Shown: piece by piece, positions 1 through 7,922 of the stretch
How positions within the stretch are numbered: the stretch's first letter is position 1
Layout: each line of letters starts with the position of its first letter
Assembly (NCBI GenBank): GCA_020722415.1
Contig: DYKV01000006.1
Location: 1 to 48,396 of the forward strand
From: Anaerolinea sp.
GTDB lineage: Bacteria; Chloroflexota; Anaerolineae; Anaerolineales; UBA4823
Direction: 5' to 3'
DNA: 48,396 nucleotides
The notes under the pieces: model-generated
The model's input: only the letters and a program-made list of their open reading frames with translations
The model's database searches: none
What the model was told of the DNA's origin: nothing
Position numbers and translations under genes: made by a program

Positions 1-67
1 GAATAACTGATAACAAGGCCCGATAGGGGATAGGGGCTAGCAAATTGATTTGACTGTCCCTATCCCA

Positions 68-1687
68 TTAAAAATTACGCCAAACCCATTCTCCAGCGAT
101 CATCGTAGCGCAAGGTTTCAGTGTGGATATTTGTTTGGCTGTTAGCTGGAATGGGTCATTATCGAGAACGATTAAATCTGCCAGAAAACCGGGGGATAAT
201 TTTCCAACTTTGTGCTCCAAACCAGCTGCATAGGCGGGATTAGTGGTGTATGCTTGCACTGCTTCAGGCAAAGATAACCTCTGTTCTCGGTACCAGCCGT
301 TTTCAGGAACACCAGATAGCGTTTGCCGGGTGATGGCGGCGTGCAAACCCCAAAACGGATTGGGAGATTCCACCGGCGCATCAGAGCCAAATATGATGCG
401 CGTATTATTTTCCCATAAAGAACGCCATGCATAAGCAAATTGAGAACGTTCGCCCCAATAGCGATCAGCCATCGAACTGTCGGATGGGGCATGGATGGGC
501 TGCATCGAGGCGATGATATTCAACCGGGCTAAACGAGCAATATCCTCAGGGTGGAGGAGTTGAACGTGTTCGATTCGATGGCGCAATGGTTGGGGAAGAT
601 TTTTATTTTCGCGTTCAACCAAGCGCAATTTTTCAAATCCATTCAACATCTCATGAACTGCGTGGTCGCCGATGGCGTGAATAGCTAAACTAAGTCCATT
701 TTGAATGGCTTTTTTTGTCTTTTCGACCAGTTCCTCTCCGTCCAAAAACAAAACACCCGTATTTTGGGGCTCACCCTCATAGGGTTGAAATAATGCTGCG
801 GTGCGGGGACCTAAGGCGCCATCGGCAAAGAGTTTGATACTGCCTAATCTTAGCCGGTCATTTCCAAAGCCACTGCGCAATCCCATCGCAATTGCCGCCT
901 CAATAGCATCGGCCGGGATGCCTTTTAATACCCTTAATTTTAACAACTCTTGCTGATCGAGAATTTGTAAACTCGAAAAGCAATGCATGCTATCAAAGTC
1001 ATGGACACTAGTGATCCCCATTTTGATCAAGACTTCTTGGGCGGATTGCAAGGCGTGGGCAAGTTCGGTGATGGTAAGCGGTGGAATAATTTTTTCGACG
1101 AGTTGTATGGCAGATTCAAATAAAATGCCACTCGGTTTACCGCTTTGATCGCGTTGAATCGAGCCATTTGGTGGATCTGAGGTGTTCTCATTTATCCCAG
1201 CTAAATCTAGGGCGCGCGAATTAACCCAAGCTGCATGTAAAGATTTGGCGGTCAAAAAGACTGGATGATTGGGGGCAATTTCATCAAGCTGCCGGGCAGT
1301 TCCATAACCATTATTCCATCGGTTTTGGTTCCATCCGTGGCCAATAATCCAGTTTCCTGGAGGGATTTTTCTGGCTTGTTCCGCAACGCGGTTTAAACAT
1401 TCCTGCAAGGTTTCTGTCTCGCAATCAATTCTTTGCAGGGAGCGACTGTAATATTCCAAATGGATGTGCGCATCACAAAAGCCAGGGAATACAGTACGGC
1501 CGCCTAAATGAATATTCTCTACATTTGTGGATGGAAAGCCAGAATATGCTTCTTGGCGAGCGCTATCTGGCTCAACTGCAAGAATGTGTTTACCCCGAAT
1601 AACGAGCATGGTGGCAATTGGTGCGGATGGATCCTGAGTGTAGATAGTACCATGATGGAGAATTTTGAGGCTTTGGGAGTTATTCAT
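68..1687 (-). CDS. Metal-dependent amidohydrolase (YtcJ-like / amidohydrolase_3 family)
   Basis: 539-aa ORF. N-terminal metal-binding motif PGFCDAHIHL (D-x-H-x-H). The start overlaps the parB stop by 8 nt, so it is probably the last gene of the pfkB-parA-parB operon. Confidence 0.8.
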   Translation of the reverse strand: MNNSQSLKILHHGTIYTQDPSAPIATMLVIRGKHILAVEPDSARQEAYSGFPSTNVENIHLGGRTVFPGFCDAHIHLEYYSRSLQRIDCETETLQECLNRVAEQARKIPPGNWIIGHGWNQNRWNNGYGTARQLDEIAPNHPVFLTAKSLHAAWVNSRALDLAGINENTSDPPNGSIQRDQSGKPSGILFESAIQLVEKIIPPLTITELAHALQSAQEVLIKMGITSVHDFDSMHCFSSLQILDQQELLKLRVLKGIPADAIEAAIAMGLRSGFGNDRLRLGSIKLFADGALGPRTAALFQPYEGEPQNTGVLFLDGEELVEKTKKAIQNGLSLAIHAIGDHAVHEMLNGFEKLRLVERENKNLPQPLRHRIEHVQLLHPEDIARLARLNIIASMQPIHAPSDSSMADRYWGERSQFAYAWRSLWENNTRIIFGSDAPVESPNPFWGLHAAITRQTLSGVPENGWYREQRLSLPEAVQAYTTNPAYAAGLEHKVGKLSPGFLADLIVLDNDPFQLTAKQISTLKPCATMIAGEWVWRNF

Positions 1688-2537
1688 TGAGGAATTGTTG
1701 TAATAATGTGTCTAATTCTTCATTGGAGTAATAATGAATAGTTATCGTCCCACCGCCTTTTTTGCGGGGTTGGATGTCTACCCGGGTTCCTAACGCTTGG
1801 CGTAGCTGTTCTTCTAAAGCGCGCAATTCTGGTTTCTTTTCTCGACGAGCTGCCCCGGGGCGTTTTTTCCCCATCATATTCTGCACCAGTTCTTCGGTCT
1901 GGCGGACGCTCAGCTCGTGGTTAAGGATCGTCTGGAGCGCGGCAATCTGGGCTTGGTTAGTTGGGAGGGCTAAGAGAGCTCGAGCATGACCTTCGCTAAT
2001 TTTTCTATCTATAAGGGCTTGTTTGACAGAGTCGGGTAACTTTAATAAACGCAGTGTGTTGGTGATAGCAACCCTGCTTTTTCCAACCCGAGTGGATATT
2101 TCGTCGTGAGATAGATGAAAAGATTCGATCAGCTGATGATAGGCTTCCGCGGCTTCTAATGGATTGAGGTCTTCTCGCTGTAAATTTTCGATCAAAGCCA
2201 ATTCAAGGCGTTGTTGTTCATTCACCTGCCTTACCAGAACGGGCACATCCTCCAATCCAGCCTGGCGGGCTGCCAGCCAACGTCGTTCGCCAGCAATTAA
2301 AATGTATTGGTTGTTCTCTTCATCATAGCTGGCGATGAGGGGCTGTAAAATACCATTTTCCCGAATGGAATTTGCTAGTTCTGTTAATTCGTTTGGGTTA
2401 AATTGGGTGCGCGGCTGATGCGGATTGGCGCTGATTTGGTCAATGGGGATATTCCGCACTCCACCGGAATGGATTTGGTCTTCTTCGCTAGGAATTAACG
2501 CATCTAAACCACGACCGAGCGCAGTACGTTTAGCCAT
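1680..2537 (-). CDS. parB: Chromosome partitioning protein ParB/Spo0J
   Basis: 285-aa ORF with the ParB-box motif IAGERRWLAARQAG and an HTH region. It lies 7 nt downstream of parA. Confidence 0.9.
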   Translation of the reverse strand: MAKRTALGRGLDALIPSEEDQIHSGGVRNIPIDQISANPHQPRTQFNPNELTELANSIRENGILQPLIASYDEENNQYILIAGERRWLAARQAGLEDVPVLVRQVNEQQRLELALIENLQREDLNPLEAAEAYHQLIESFHLSHDEISTRVGKSRVAITNTLRLLKLPDSVKQALIDRKISEGHARALLALPTNQAQIAALQTILNHELSVRQTEELVQNMMGKKRPGAARREKKPELRALEEQLRQALGTRVDIQPRKKGGGTITIHYYSNEELDTLLQQFLNE

Positions 2538-2544
2538 AAATCCC

Positions 2545-3342
2545 TCAGCTCTCTTTCACTAAATCTGGAATAATTACCCCATCGGTTGCTAGGATTTCGC
2601 GCGATAAAGCGTCATAAGCTACCGCACCGATTGACTTAGGGGCATACAAAGAAATTGGTTGCCCAAAAGAAGGCGCCTCAGCCAAACGGATACTGCGGGG
2701 GATGATCGTTTGGAAAACAAGGTTGTGGAAGTAGCGTTTGACTTCGTTTACGATTTCGTTGGCTAAATTCGTTCGGCTGTCAAACATAGTTAACAATACC
2801 CCGCGGACCTTTAATTCGGGAAAGAGGACACTGCGTACGCGCTGGATGGTGGAGTTTAGGCGGCTGAGACCCTCTAGAGCAAGGTATTCGCATTGAACGG
2901 GGATGATCACTCCATCCTGGGCAGCAACCAATCCATTTAGAGTAAGCAAACCGAGGGATGGCGGGCAGTCTATTAAAATATAATCATAACGTTCGATGAC
3001 GTTTTTCATGGCTATCTTAAGCTTGCTCTCCCGTCCTATCTCACTGACTAATTCAACCTCTGCGCCAGCTAATTGTGACGATGAGGGTAGGATAGATATT
3101 TTTAACCGGGGATTATATAAAACAAAAGCTTCGAGTGGTGATGCTCCAATTAACGCTTCATAAGTTCCCCCTTGAATGATTTGCCGATCAATATTTAGGC
3201 AAGAGGTAGCGTTGGCTTGTGGGTCTAAATCAATAATTAATACCTTTTGTCCGTAAATACCCAGATAGGCGCCCAAGTTGATAGCCGATGTAGTTTTTCC
3301 GACCCCTCCTTTTTGATTGACGAATGTATAGACTCTTCCCAT
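2545..3342 (-). CDS. parA: Chromosome partitioning ATPase ParA/Soj
   Basis: 265-aa ORF with the deviant Walker A NQKGGVGKTT. The ParA-parB gene order is conserved. Confidence 0.9.
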   Translation of the reverse strand: MGRVYTFVNQKGGVGKTTSAINLGAYLGIYGQKVLIIDLDPQANATSCLNIDRQIIQGGTYEALIGASPLEAFVLYNPRLKISILPSSSQLAGAEVELVSEIGRESKLKIAMKNVIERYDYILIDCPPSLGLLTLNGLVAAQDGVIIPVQCEYLALEGLSRLNSTIQRVRSVLFPELKVRGVLLTMFDSRTNLANEIVNEVKRYFHNLVFQTIIPRSIRLAEAPSFGQPISLYAPKSIGAVAYDALSREILATDGVIIPDLVKES

Positions 3343-3344
3343 CT

Positions 3345-4199
3345 TTAATATATTTCAACCAAGGTATTTTCGATTTCAGTTATCGTTGGAATGCTATCTA
3401 GCCCAACCCGGGTGATGGAAAAAGAAGCCAATTGAGTAGCAAAACGGCCGGCTTCCCATGGATCGCGAGTATCAAAAAGACGGATAAAAAAGGCAGCCGC
3501 GAAGATATCTCCCGCCCCAGTAGAGTCAAGCTCGACTAAATCAGGCGGAGGGCGGAAGCGGCGCACATCCCCATTCCAATAGATGCGGGCGCCTTCAGCT
3601 GCCTCGGTGACAGCTAGGATGTGGCAAGATGCGGCAATTTCTTCGATTCGATCTTCATTGTAATCTACATCCTCTATACTCAATACAGTCGCATTAACAT
3701 AAGGGAGGACAAAAGCCGCTTCAGGCCATTCCGTGGCATATACTATGCCTCTATCATCCCAAGCACGCATCCAGCCTTGAGGGGTTATCCCAATAAACGA
3801 ATCCGGGAAAGACCTTACCAAACCTGGTTCGATCTCTTGAGCGACTGGCGCGATATGTAATATGGGAACTTTCCGCCAGGCTTGGGGAACGAGATAAATA
3901 TCGAGTTTATCGGCGCGGTGATAAATCGTTTGTAACCGGCCGATGGATGTGTTCAGGTTAGAAAAGGTAGTGCTTTTAAGGGTGGGAAGATTGATAATTG
4001 GGATATTGGCTAAAGTCTCTAGGAGGGTTTCATCGGCAAAGGAGGTGATTATCGCTGGGCGGAGACCGAGCGCCTTGGCGGTTAAAGCTGCATAGGCAAC
4101 GCTGCCACCCAAGCGATATTCGTCCCCATAGCAGTCGCGGGTTAGATGGCCAATAGCTAAATAATCAACCGCGGGGATCTTTTCTAAGTTGGTGTTCAT
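3345..4199 (-). CDS. PfkB/ribokinase-family sugar kinase
   Basis: 284-aa ORF with the C-terminal DSTGAGDIFAAAF (GAGD ATP/anion-hole) motif typical of PfkB kinases. It ends 2 nt before parA. Confidence 0.75.
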   Translation of the reverse strand: MNTNLEKIPAVDYLAIGHLTRDCYGDEYRLGGSVAYAALTAKALGLRPAIITSFADETLLETLANIPIINLPTLKSTTFSNLNTSIGRLQTIYHRADKLDIYLVPQAWRKVPILHIAPVAQEIEPGLVRSFPDSFIGITPQGWMRAWDDRGIVYATEWPEAAFVLPYVNATVLSIEDVDYNEDRIEEIAASCHILAVTEAAEGARIYWNGDVRRFRPPPDLVELDSTGAGDIFAAAFFIRLFDTRDPWEAGRFATQLASFSITRVGLDSIPTITEIENTLVEIY

Positions 4200-4205
4200 A
4201 TATAA

Positions 4206-4211
4206 ATTATA
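4206..4211 (-). promoter_or_regulatory. -10 box TATAAT placed 6 nt upstream of the kinase ATG (candidate leaderless promoter)
   Basis: The minus strand reads CGTTATAATTTATATATGAAC, i.e. TATAAT-N6-ATG. There is no Shine-Dalgarno sequence and the -35 is weak (TTCTTA). Confidence 0.4.
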
Positions 4212-4296
4212 ACGAATTTTAGCTTCATTAAGAATGTCTATCTTGGCGAGCAGACGTAGATCATCCCATTTGGTTATTTAAGAATTCCCTTCTAAT

Positions 4297-4322
4297 CCAT
4301 TTGTCCCAAGAAAGACAAATGG
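4297..4322 (-). terminator. Stem-loop downstream of jag (possible operon boundary)
   Basis: 9-bp perfect stem CCATTTGTC / GACAAATGG with an 8-nt loop, 19 nt after the jag stop. No U-tract follows, so it is not a canonical intrinsic terminator. Confidence 0.3.
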
Positions 4323-4340
4323 AGGTAAGTAATGGATATT

Positions 4341-5084
4341 TTATTTCGGAATGATGGTCACTTTGCGGCGCGGTTCCACGCCGATCGATTCGGTGGTAAC
4401 GCCGGGGTATTCTTTGAGTTCTAAGTGAATGATCCGTCGCTCGTTGGCAGGCATTGGTTCCAGGATTTGCCGTCGTCCGCTTTTAATAGCTTGCTCAGCC
4501 ATCCGGCGGGCGAGATGACGGAGCTGATTTTCCCGCCGCGAGCGGTATCCTTCGACATCAATCATAATTGGGACAGCTTGGTTGCTCTGTTTCCCAATAA
4601 TTAAACTGGTGATATATTGAAGGGCATTGAGGGTTTCAGCTTGGGGACCGATCAACACTGTTAAATCTTTCCCGCGGATGTCTATATAAATAGTTGGAAT
4701 TCCCTGTTCGGCGGAATTTTTTGTAGAAGCGCTGACCGAGGCTTTGATATGCATCTCCTCCAATAACCGCCGCACCACTTCTTCCGCTTTGAAAAGCAAT
4801 TGATTATCTGGTTGAGTGTGAGTGGAGATATTTTCAACTGCCAGCTTTTCTTCAACGACCTGCTCAGAAAGCGGTGCAGGGGGGGGTACCGGCGGAAGAG
4901 CTTCTTTGATGGTAAGCCGAATGCGAGCTTGTCGAGCGCCTATCCCAAATAATCCCCGGCTGCCTTCATCAAGGATATCTATCTGAACGCTGGATGATGG
5001 AACGCCTAAATCTTGCAATCCGCGCTGGATTGCTTCTTCTACGGTAGGGGCAATAATTTCCAAGCTGGTCCTGTTTTCTTTCAT
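4341..5084 (-). CDS. jag: Jag/KhpB (EloR) RNA-binding protein with Jag_N, KH and R3H domains
   Basis: 247-aa ORF. The C-terminal R3H-like region is ILEPMPANERRIIHLEL. The start overlaps the yidC stop (ATGA), matching the conserved yidC-jag order. Confidence 0.8.
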   Translation of the reverse strand: MKENRTSLEIIAPTVEEAIQRGLQDLGVPSSSVQIDILDEGSRGLFGIGARQARIRLTIKEALPPVPPPAPLSEQVVEEKLAVENISTHTQPDNQLLFKAEEVVRRLLEEMHIKASVSASTKNSAEQGIPTIYIDIRGKDLTVLIGPQAETLNALQYITSLIIGKQSNQAVPIMIDVEGYRSRRENQLRHLARRMAEQAIKSGRRQILEPMPANERRIIHLELKEYPGVTTESIGVEPRRKVTIIPK

Positions 5085-5863
5085 TTTGATTTTCCTGTGC
5101 TTTTTTCAATGGATTTGGAACGCGCTGGGATCAGGTTGCGCCAATTGACTTTTCCCATTGCACCATATTGGATAATGCCGACTAGATTGCTGGTCACAAA
5201 ATATAGCGCTAACCCTGAAGCCAGGGTATAAGCAATATATCCGATGAATAAAGGCATATATAAATTCATCATTTGGGTCATCTGAGCGCTTTGATCGCCG
5301 GGTGAGGTTGTGGGGGTCATTAATTTGGTTTGTAAGTACGTAGTGATCACCACAATAATCGCTAATACAGGCACACCAAAACCAAACACATCTAACCGTT
5401 CTGGTTGACTCAAGTCCATCCAAAGAAAATTATTGTTCAAAGGGATGATTTTGGCAGCATTGATAAAAGGGTAAATGTGTTTTGAAAAATCGAATAATTG
5501 TAATGGCGTAACCGCAAGTGCCTGGATGATCGCTTGATACAATCCGATAATAATTGGAAATTGAATGAGGGTTGGTAGACAGGATCCAAAGGGGTTAATG
5601 CCCTTCTCCTTATAGAGGCGCATTTGCTCTTGGGATAGTTTTTGTTTGTCATCTTTATATTTTTTTTGGATTTCCTGCCATTCTTTCGACTTTTGTAATT
5701 CCTGCAATCCTTGGGAACTTTTCATCTGGCTGGCAGTGAGGGGGTGAGTTATCAAGCGGATCAGGATGGTGAATATGATGATGGAAATACCAAAGTTGTT
5801 AATCAAGCTATATATATATAGCAGCACATTTACCATTGGGTTGATAATAAATTGATCCCACAT
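5081..5863 (-). CDS. yidC: Membrane protein insertase YidC (short, OxaA-type)
   Basis: 260-aa polytopic ORF with the conserved NPFGSCLPTLIQFPIIIGLY segment. It sits in the rnpA-yidD-yidC-jag context. Confidence 0.85.
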   Translation of the reverse strand: MWDQFIINPMVNVLLYIYSLINNFGISIIIFTILIRLITHPLTASQMKSSQGLQELQKSKEWQEIQKKYKDDKQKLSQEQMRLYKEKGINPFGSCLPTLIQFPIIIGLYQAIIQALAVTPLQLFDFSKHIYPFINAAKIIPLNNNFLWMDLSQPERLDVFGFGVPVLAIIVVITTYLQTKLMTPTTSPGDQSAQMTQMMNLYMPLFIGYIAYTLASGLALYFVTSNLVGIIQYGAMGKVNWRNLIPARSKSIEKSTGKSK

Positions 5864-5881
5864 AATACTTTTCCGAGTTTC

Positions 5882-6955
5882 CTATTTTTTGGCTAGGCTA
5901 AAAATCCAACTTTGTTCACCCTGTTCGTTCAATGCAGCCAAGAGATCATCTTTGCTAACCAGGGGAACGAATAACATGCTATCGGTGTATTCTACACTGG
6001 CTAAGAGTTTTGCCGAAAATGTTTTACTCCATAATTGATTCCCTTGCAGGTCATAAGCATAGAGATTGCCAGCTTCATTGCCGATGATAATTTTATCTTT
6101 TAAGATCAATGGAGAAGTGGTGATAGCGGAATTTGTTGATACTTTCCAAATCTCTTTCCCATTTTGGGGATTGAGGACGATTAAATCGCCAGCTAAATCG
6201 GTGATGTAAAGCCGCCCATCTTGCAAAACTGGATCTCCCCAAACCCAATTATGGGTTTGATAAGTCCAGCGATCGGCTTTCGTTTTCGTGTCGAGGGCAT
6301 GCACCAGATTGCCAAAGGTCCCGAAGTATAAAACACCATCCTTGTCTAAGGCTGGGGTACCCACGATTGAACCTTCCAGCAAGTTGGTCCTCCATGCCAA
6401 ACTGCCATCTTGGGTGTTAATAGCGTAAATATAATGGTCCATCGAGGGGACATAAATACAATTACAAGCTTCATCGAACACGGGGGTAGCCCAAATTGCC
6501 CCTTCGGCTGAGAAGTCCCATAATTTATTGCCTTGTAAATCCAATGCATAGAGCGCTTTACCGCTGGTTGGAGCATAGATACGATCGTTCGCGATCAGCG
6601 GAGTGGCGACGTAGTTATACTTGGATTCGCTGAATTTCCAATTTTCTTGTCCATTTTGGGGATTGATGCTATAGAGAACGTGATCGTACCCGCCAGCGAT
6701 GAGCTGTTGATCATCAGGGGTCAAAGCTGGAGCAGCATAGAAGGAGATTTTATTATTGACCTCGGCAGGATAGCGCCATTTTTCGCTGCCGGTTTTCACA
6801 TCGAGGGCAATGATTTGCTGATGATAAGCGATATATACTCTTTCTTGGTTAACGGTCACGCCCGGCCAGCTTGAGGCAGTCATCGTGCCGGAACAAGCTG
6901 AGAGGGTGAAGGTCCCAAGAAAGATGAATAAGGACAAAATCAAATTATTTCTCAT
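5882..6955 (-). CDS. PQQ-like beta-propeller repeat lipoprotein (BamB-like fold)
   Basis: 357-aa ORF with a signal peptide and lipobox (FTLSAC). It carries repeated W-x-[FY] / G-x-L-Y-A-[LY]-D propeller blades, e.g. KALYALDLQGNKLW and NLYAYDLQGNQLW. Confidence 0.7.
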   Translation of the reverse strand: MRNNLILSLFIFLGTFTLSACSGTMTASSWPGVTVNQERVYIAYHQQIIALDVKTGSEKWRYPAEVNNKISFYAAPALTPDDQQLIAGGYDHVLYSINPQNGQENWKFSESKYNYVATPLIANDRIYAPTSGKALYALDLQGNKLWDFSAEGAIWATPVFDEACNCIYVPSMDHYIYAINTQDGSLAWRTNLLEGSIVGTPALDKDGVLYFGTFGNLVHALDTKTKADRWTYQTHNWVWGDPVLQDGRLYITDLAGDLIVLNPQNGKEIWKVSTNSAITTSPLILKDKIIIGNEAGNLYAYDLQGNQLWSKTFSAKLLASVEYTDSMLFVPLVSKDDLLAALNEQGEQSWIFSLAKK

Positions 6956-6982
6956 TCGCTAGTTATTCCACTCTATCGTAAT

Positions 6983-7285
6983 TTATGGTACAGGATCGTA
7001 ACCACCTGGGTTAAAGGGGTTACAACGCAAAATTCGCCAGATGGCTAACAGGCTGCCTTTAATAATCCCATGCTTATAGACAGCTTGGTACCCGTAATGT
7101 GAGCAAGTTGGATAAAAACGGCAAGTGTTTGCCGGCAGAGCTCGTGAAATGGTAAGCTGGTATAGCCGGATAACGACCAGTAAAATCCAACGAGGAAGAT
7201 TTAGGAGATTGAAGGGTAAATCCCTCAATCTGGGTTCGGGAGGGTCGAAAGTAACCGGTACTGGTTTAGCTGGCATATTCCTCAT
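6983..7285 (-). CDS. yidD: Membrane protein insertion efficiency factor YidD
   Basis: Carries the conserved [15 protein letters not shown] motif. The N-terminus is uncertain (alternative ATG at 7276). It overlaps the 3' end of rnpA. Confidence 0.85.
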   Translation of the reverse strand: MRNMPAKPVPVTFDPPEPRLRDLPFNLLNLPRWILLVVIRLYQLTISRALPANTCRFYPTCSHYGYQAVYKHGIIKGSLLAIWRILRCNPFNPGGYDPVP

Positions 7286-7619
7286 CTGTAAGTATGTGAT
7301 TAATTTGCAACGCTTTGGCTAAAGCTTTTGCAAGATGGTCATACGAGGCAGTAAGCAGGGGTTTACGGGCAATCAAGATAATGTCTACTCCGGGGATTAA
7401 TTGTTTTAACCATGGCTGAATGCACGCGCGCAGTCTTCTTTTCGCACGGTTGCGTTGAACAGCATTACCAATGGAACGCCCGGCTGCCACCCCAATATGG
7501 GTTTGCATAGTGGTATTGGGAACATAGATCAACACGAAAAGCGGGTGAGTATATGTTTTTCCTGTGTTTCTCACCCGCTGAAAGTCGCTTGACTTTTTCA
7601 GGCGATAGCGGCGATCCAC
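7266..7619 (-). CDS. rnpA: Ribonuclease P protein component
   Basis: 117-aa basic ORF with a GTG start, the [11 protein letters not shown] (RNR-type) motif and KRRLR. It lies directly downstream of rpmH. Confidence 0.85.
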   Translation of the reverse strand: MDRRYRLKKSSDFQRVRNTGKTYTHPLFVLIYVPNTTMQTHIGVAAGRSIGNAVQRNRAKRRLRACIQPWLKQLIPGVDIILIARKPLLTASYDHLAKALAKALQINHILTDEEYAS

Positions 7620-7676
7620 GAACCCAATTCATCCCAGTGTTTAACCATCTGGTTCAAGTCTTTAGTCTTGTGGTGA

Positions 7677-7853
7677 TTAACCTTTCCAATTCACGTGTTT
7701 TACATGGTTATTCTTGGTTACGGTTAACCTATATCGGCCTTGCAATCGGCGGTTTTTTAATACCTTACGGCCACCTGAAGTAGCCATGCGTGTGCGGAAC
7801 CCATGCACTCTTAAACGTCTGCGTATTTTTGGTTGATAAGTCCTCTTTGTCAT
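7677..7853 (-). CDS. rpmH: 50S ribosomal protein L34
   Basis: Not in the supplied ORF track because it is 58 aa. My translation of the minus strand is [58 protein letters not shown]. It matches the L34 signature (KRTYQP...R.HGFR.RM.T..GR.VL..RR..GR..LTV) and keeps the classic rpmH-rnpA order. Confidence 0.85.
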   Translation of the reverse strand: MTKRTYQPKIRRRLRVHGFRTRMATSGGRKVLKNRRLQGRYRLTVTKNNHVKHVNWKG

Positions 7854-7893
7854 ATATTATCCCGTTATTTGAAAATTTCTATCGTAAAAAACG

Positions 7894-7922
7894 ATTATAA
7901 CCGAAGGCAATTAGTTCGTCAA
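7894..7922 (-). promoter_or_regulatory. Sigma70-type promoter for the rpmH-rnpA-yidD...jag operon
   Basis: The minus strand reads TTGACG (7922-7917), a 17-nt spacer, then TATAAT (7899-7894), about 40 nt upstream of the rpmH ATG. It overlaps the stop of the upstream membrane-protein gene. Confidence 0.5.

Noticed and set aside
20-29. CCCGATAGGG at 20-29 also occurs as a reverse complement at 48245-48254, both in non-coding sequence near the window ends. This could be a dispersed repeat or REP element.
   Set aside because: A single 10-nt match found post hoc in 48 kb is within chance expectation, and the flanking similarity is poor. It needs a whole-genome repeat count.
1-67. GGGATAGGG / CCCTATCCC inverted repeat downstream of the amidohydrolase gene as a terminator.
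   Set aside because: It has a 9-bp stem but a ~22-nt loop and no U-tract. The window edge truncates the context, so it is too weak to list as a feature.
4321-4424. A plus-strand GGAGG, then 6 nt, then an ATG opening a 30-codon ORF antisense to the jag 3' end.
   Set aside because: The ORF lies almost entirely antisense within jag and has no recognisable features. The GGAGG partly overlaps the 3' arm of the hairpin downstream of jag, so it is likely coincidental.
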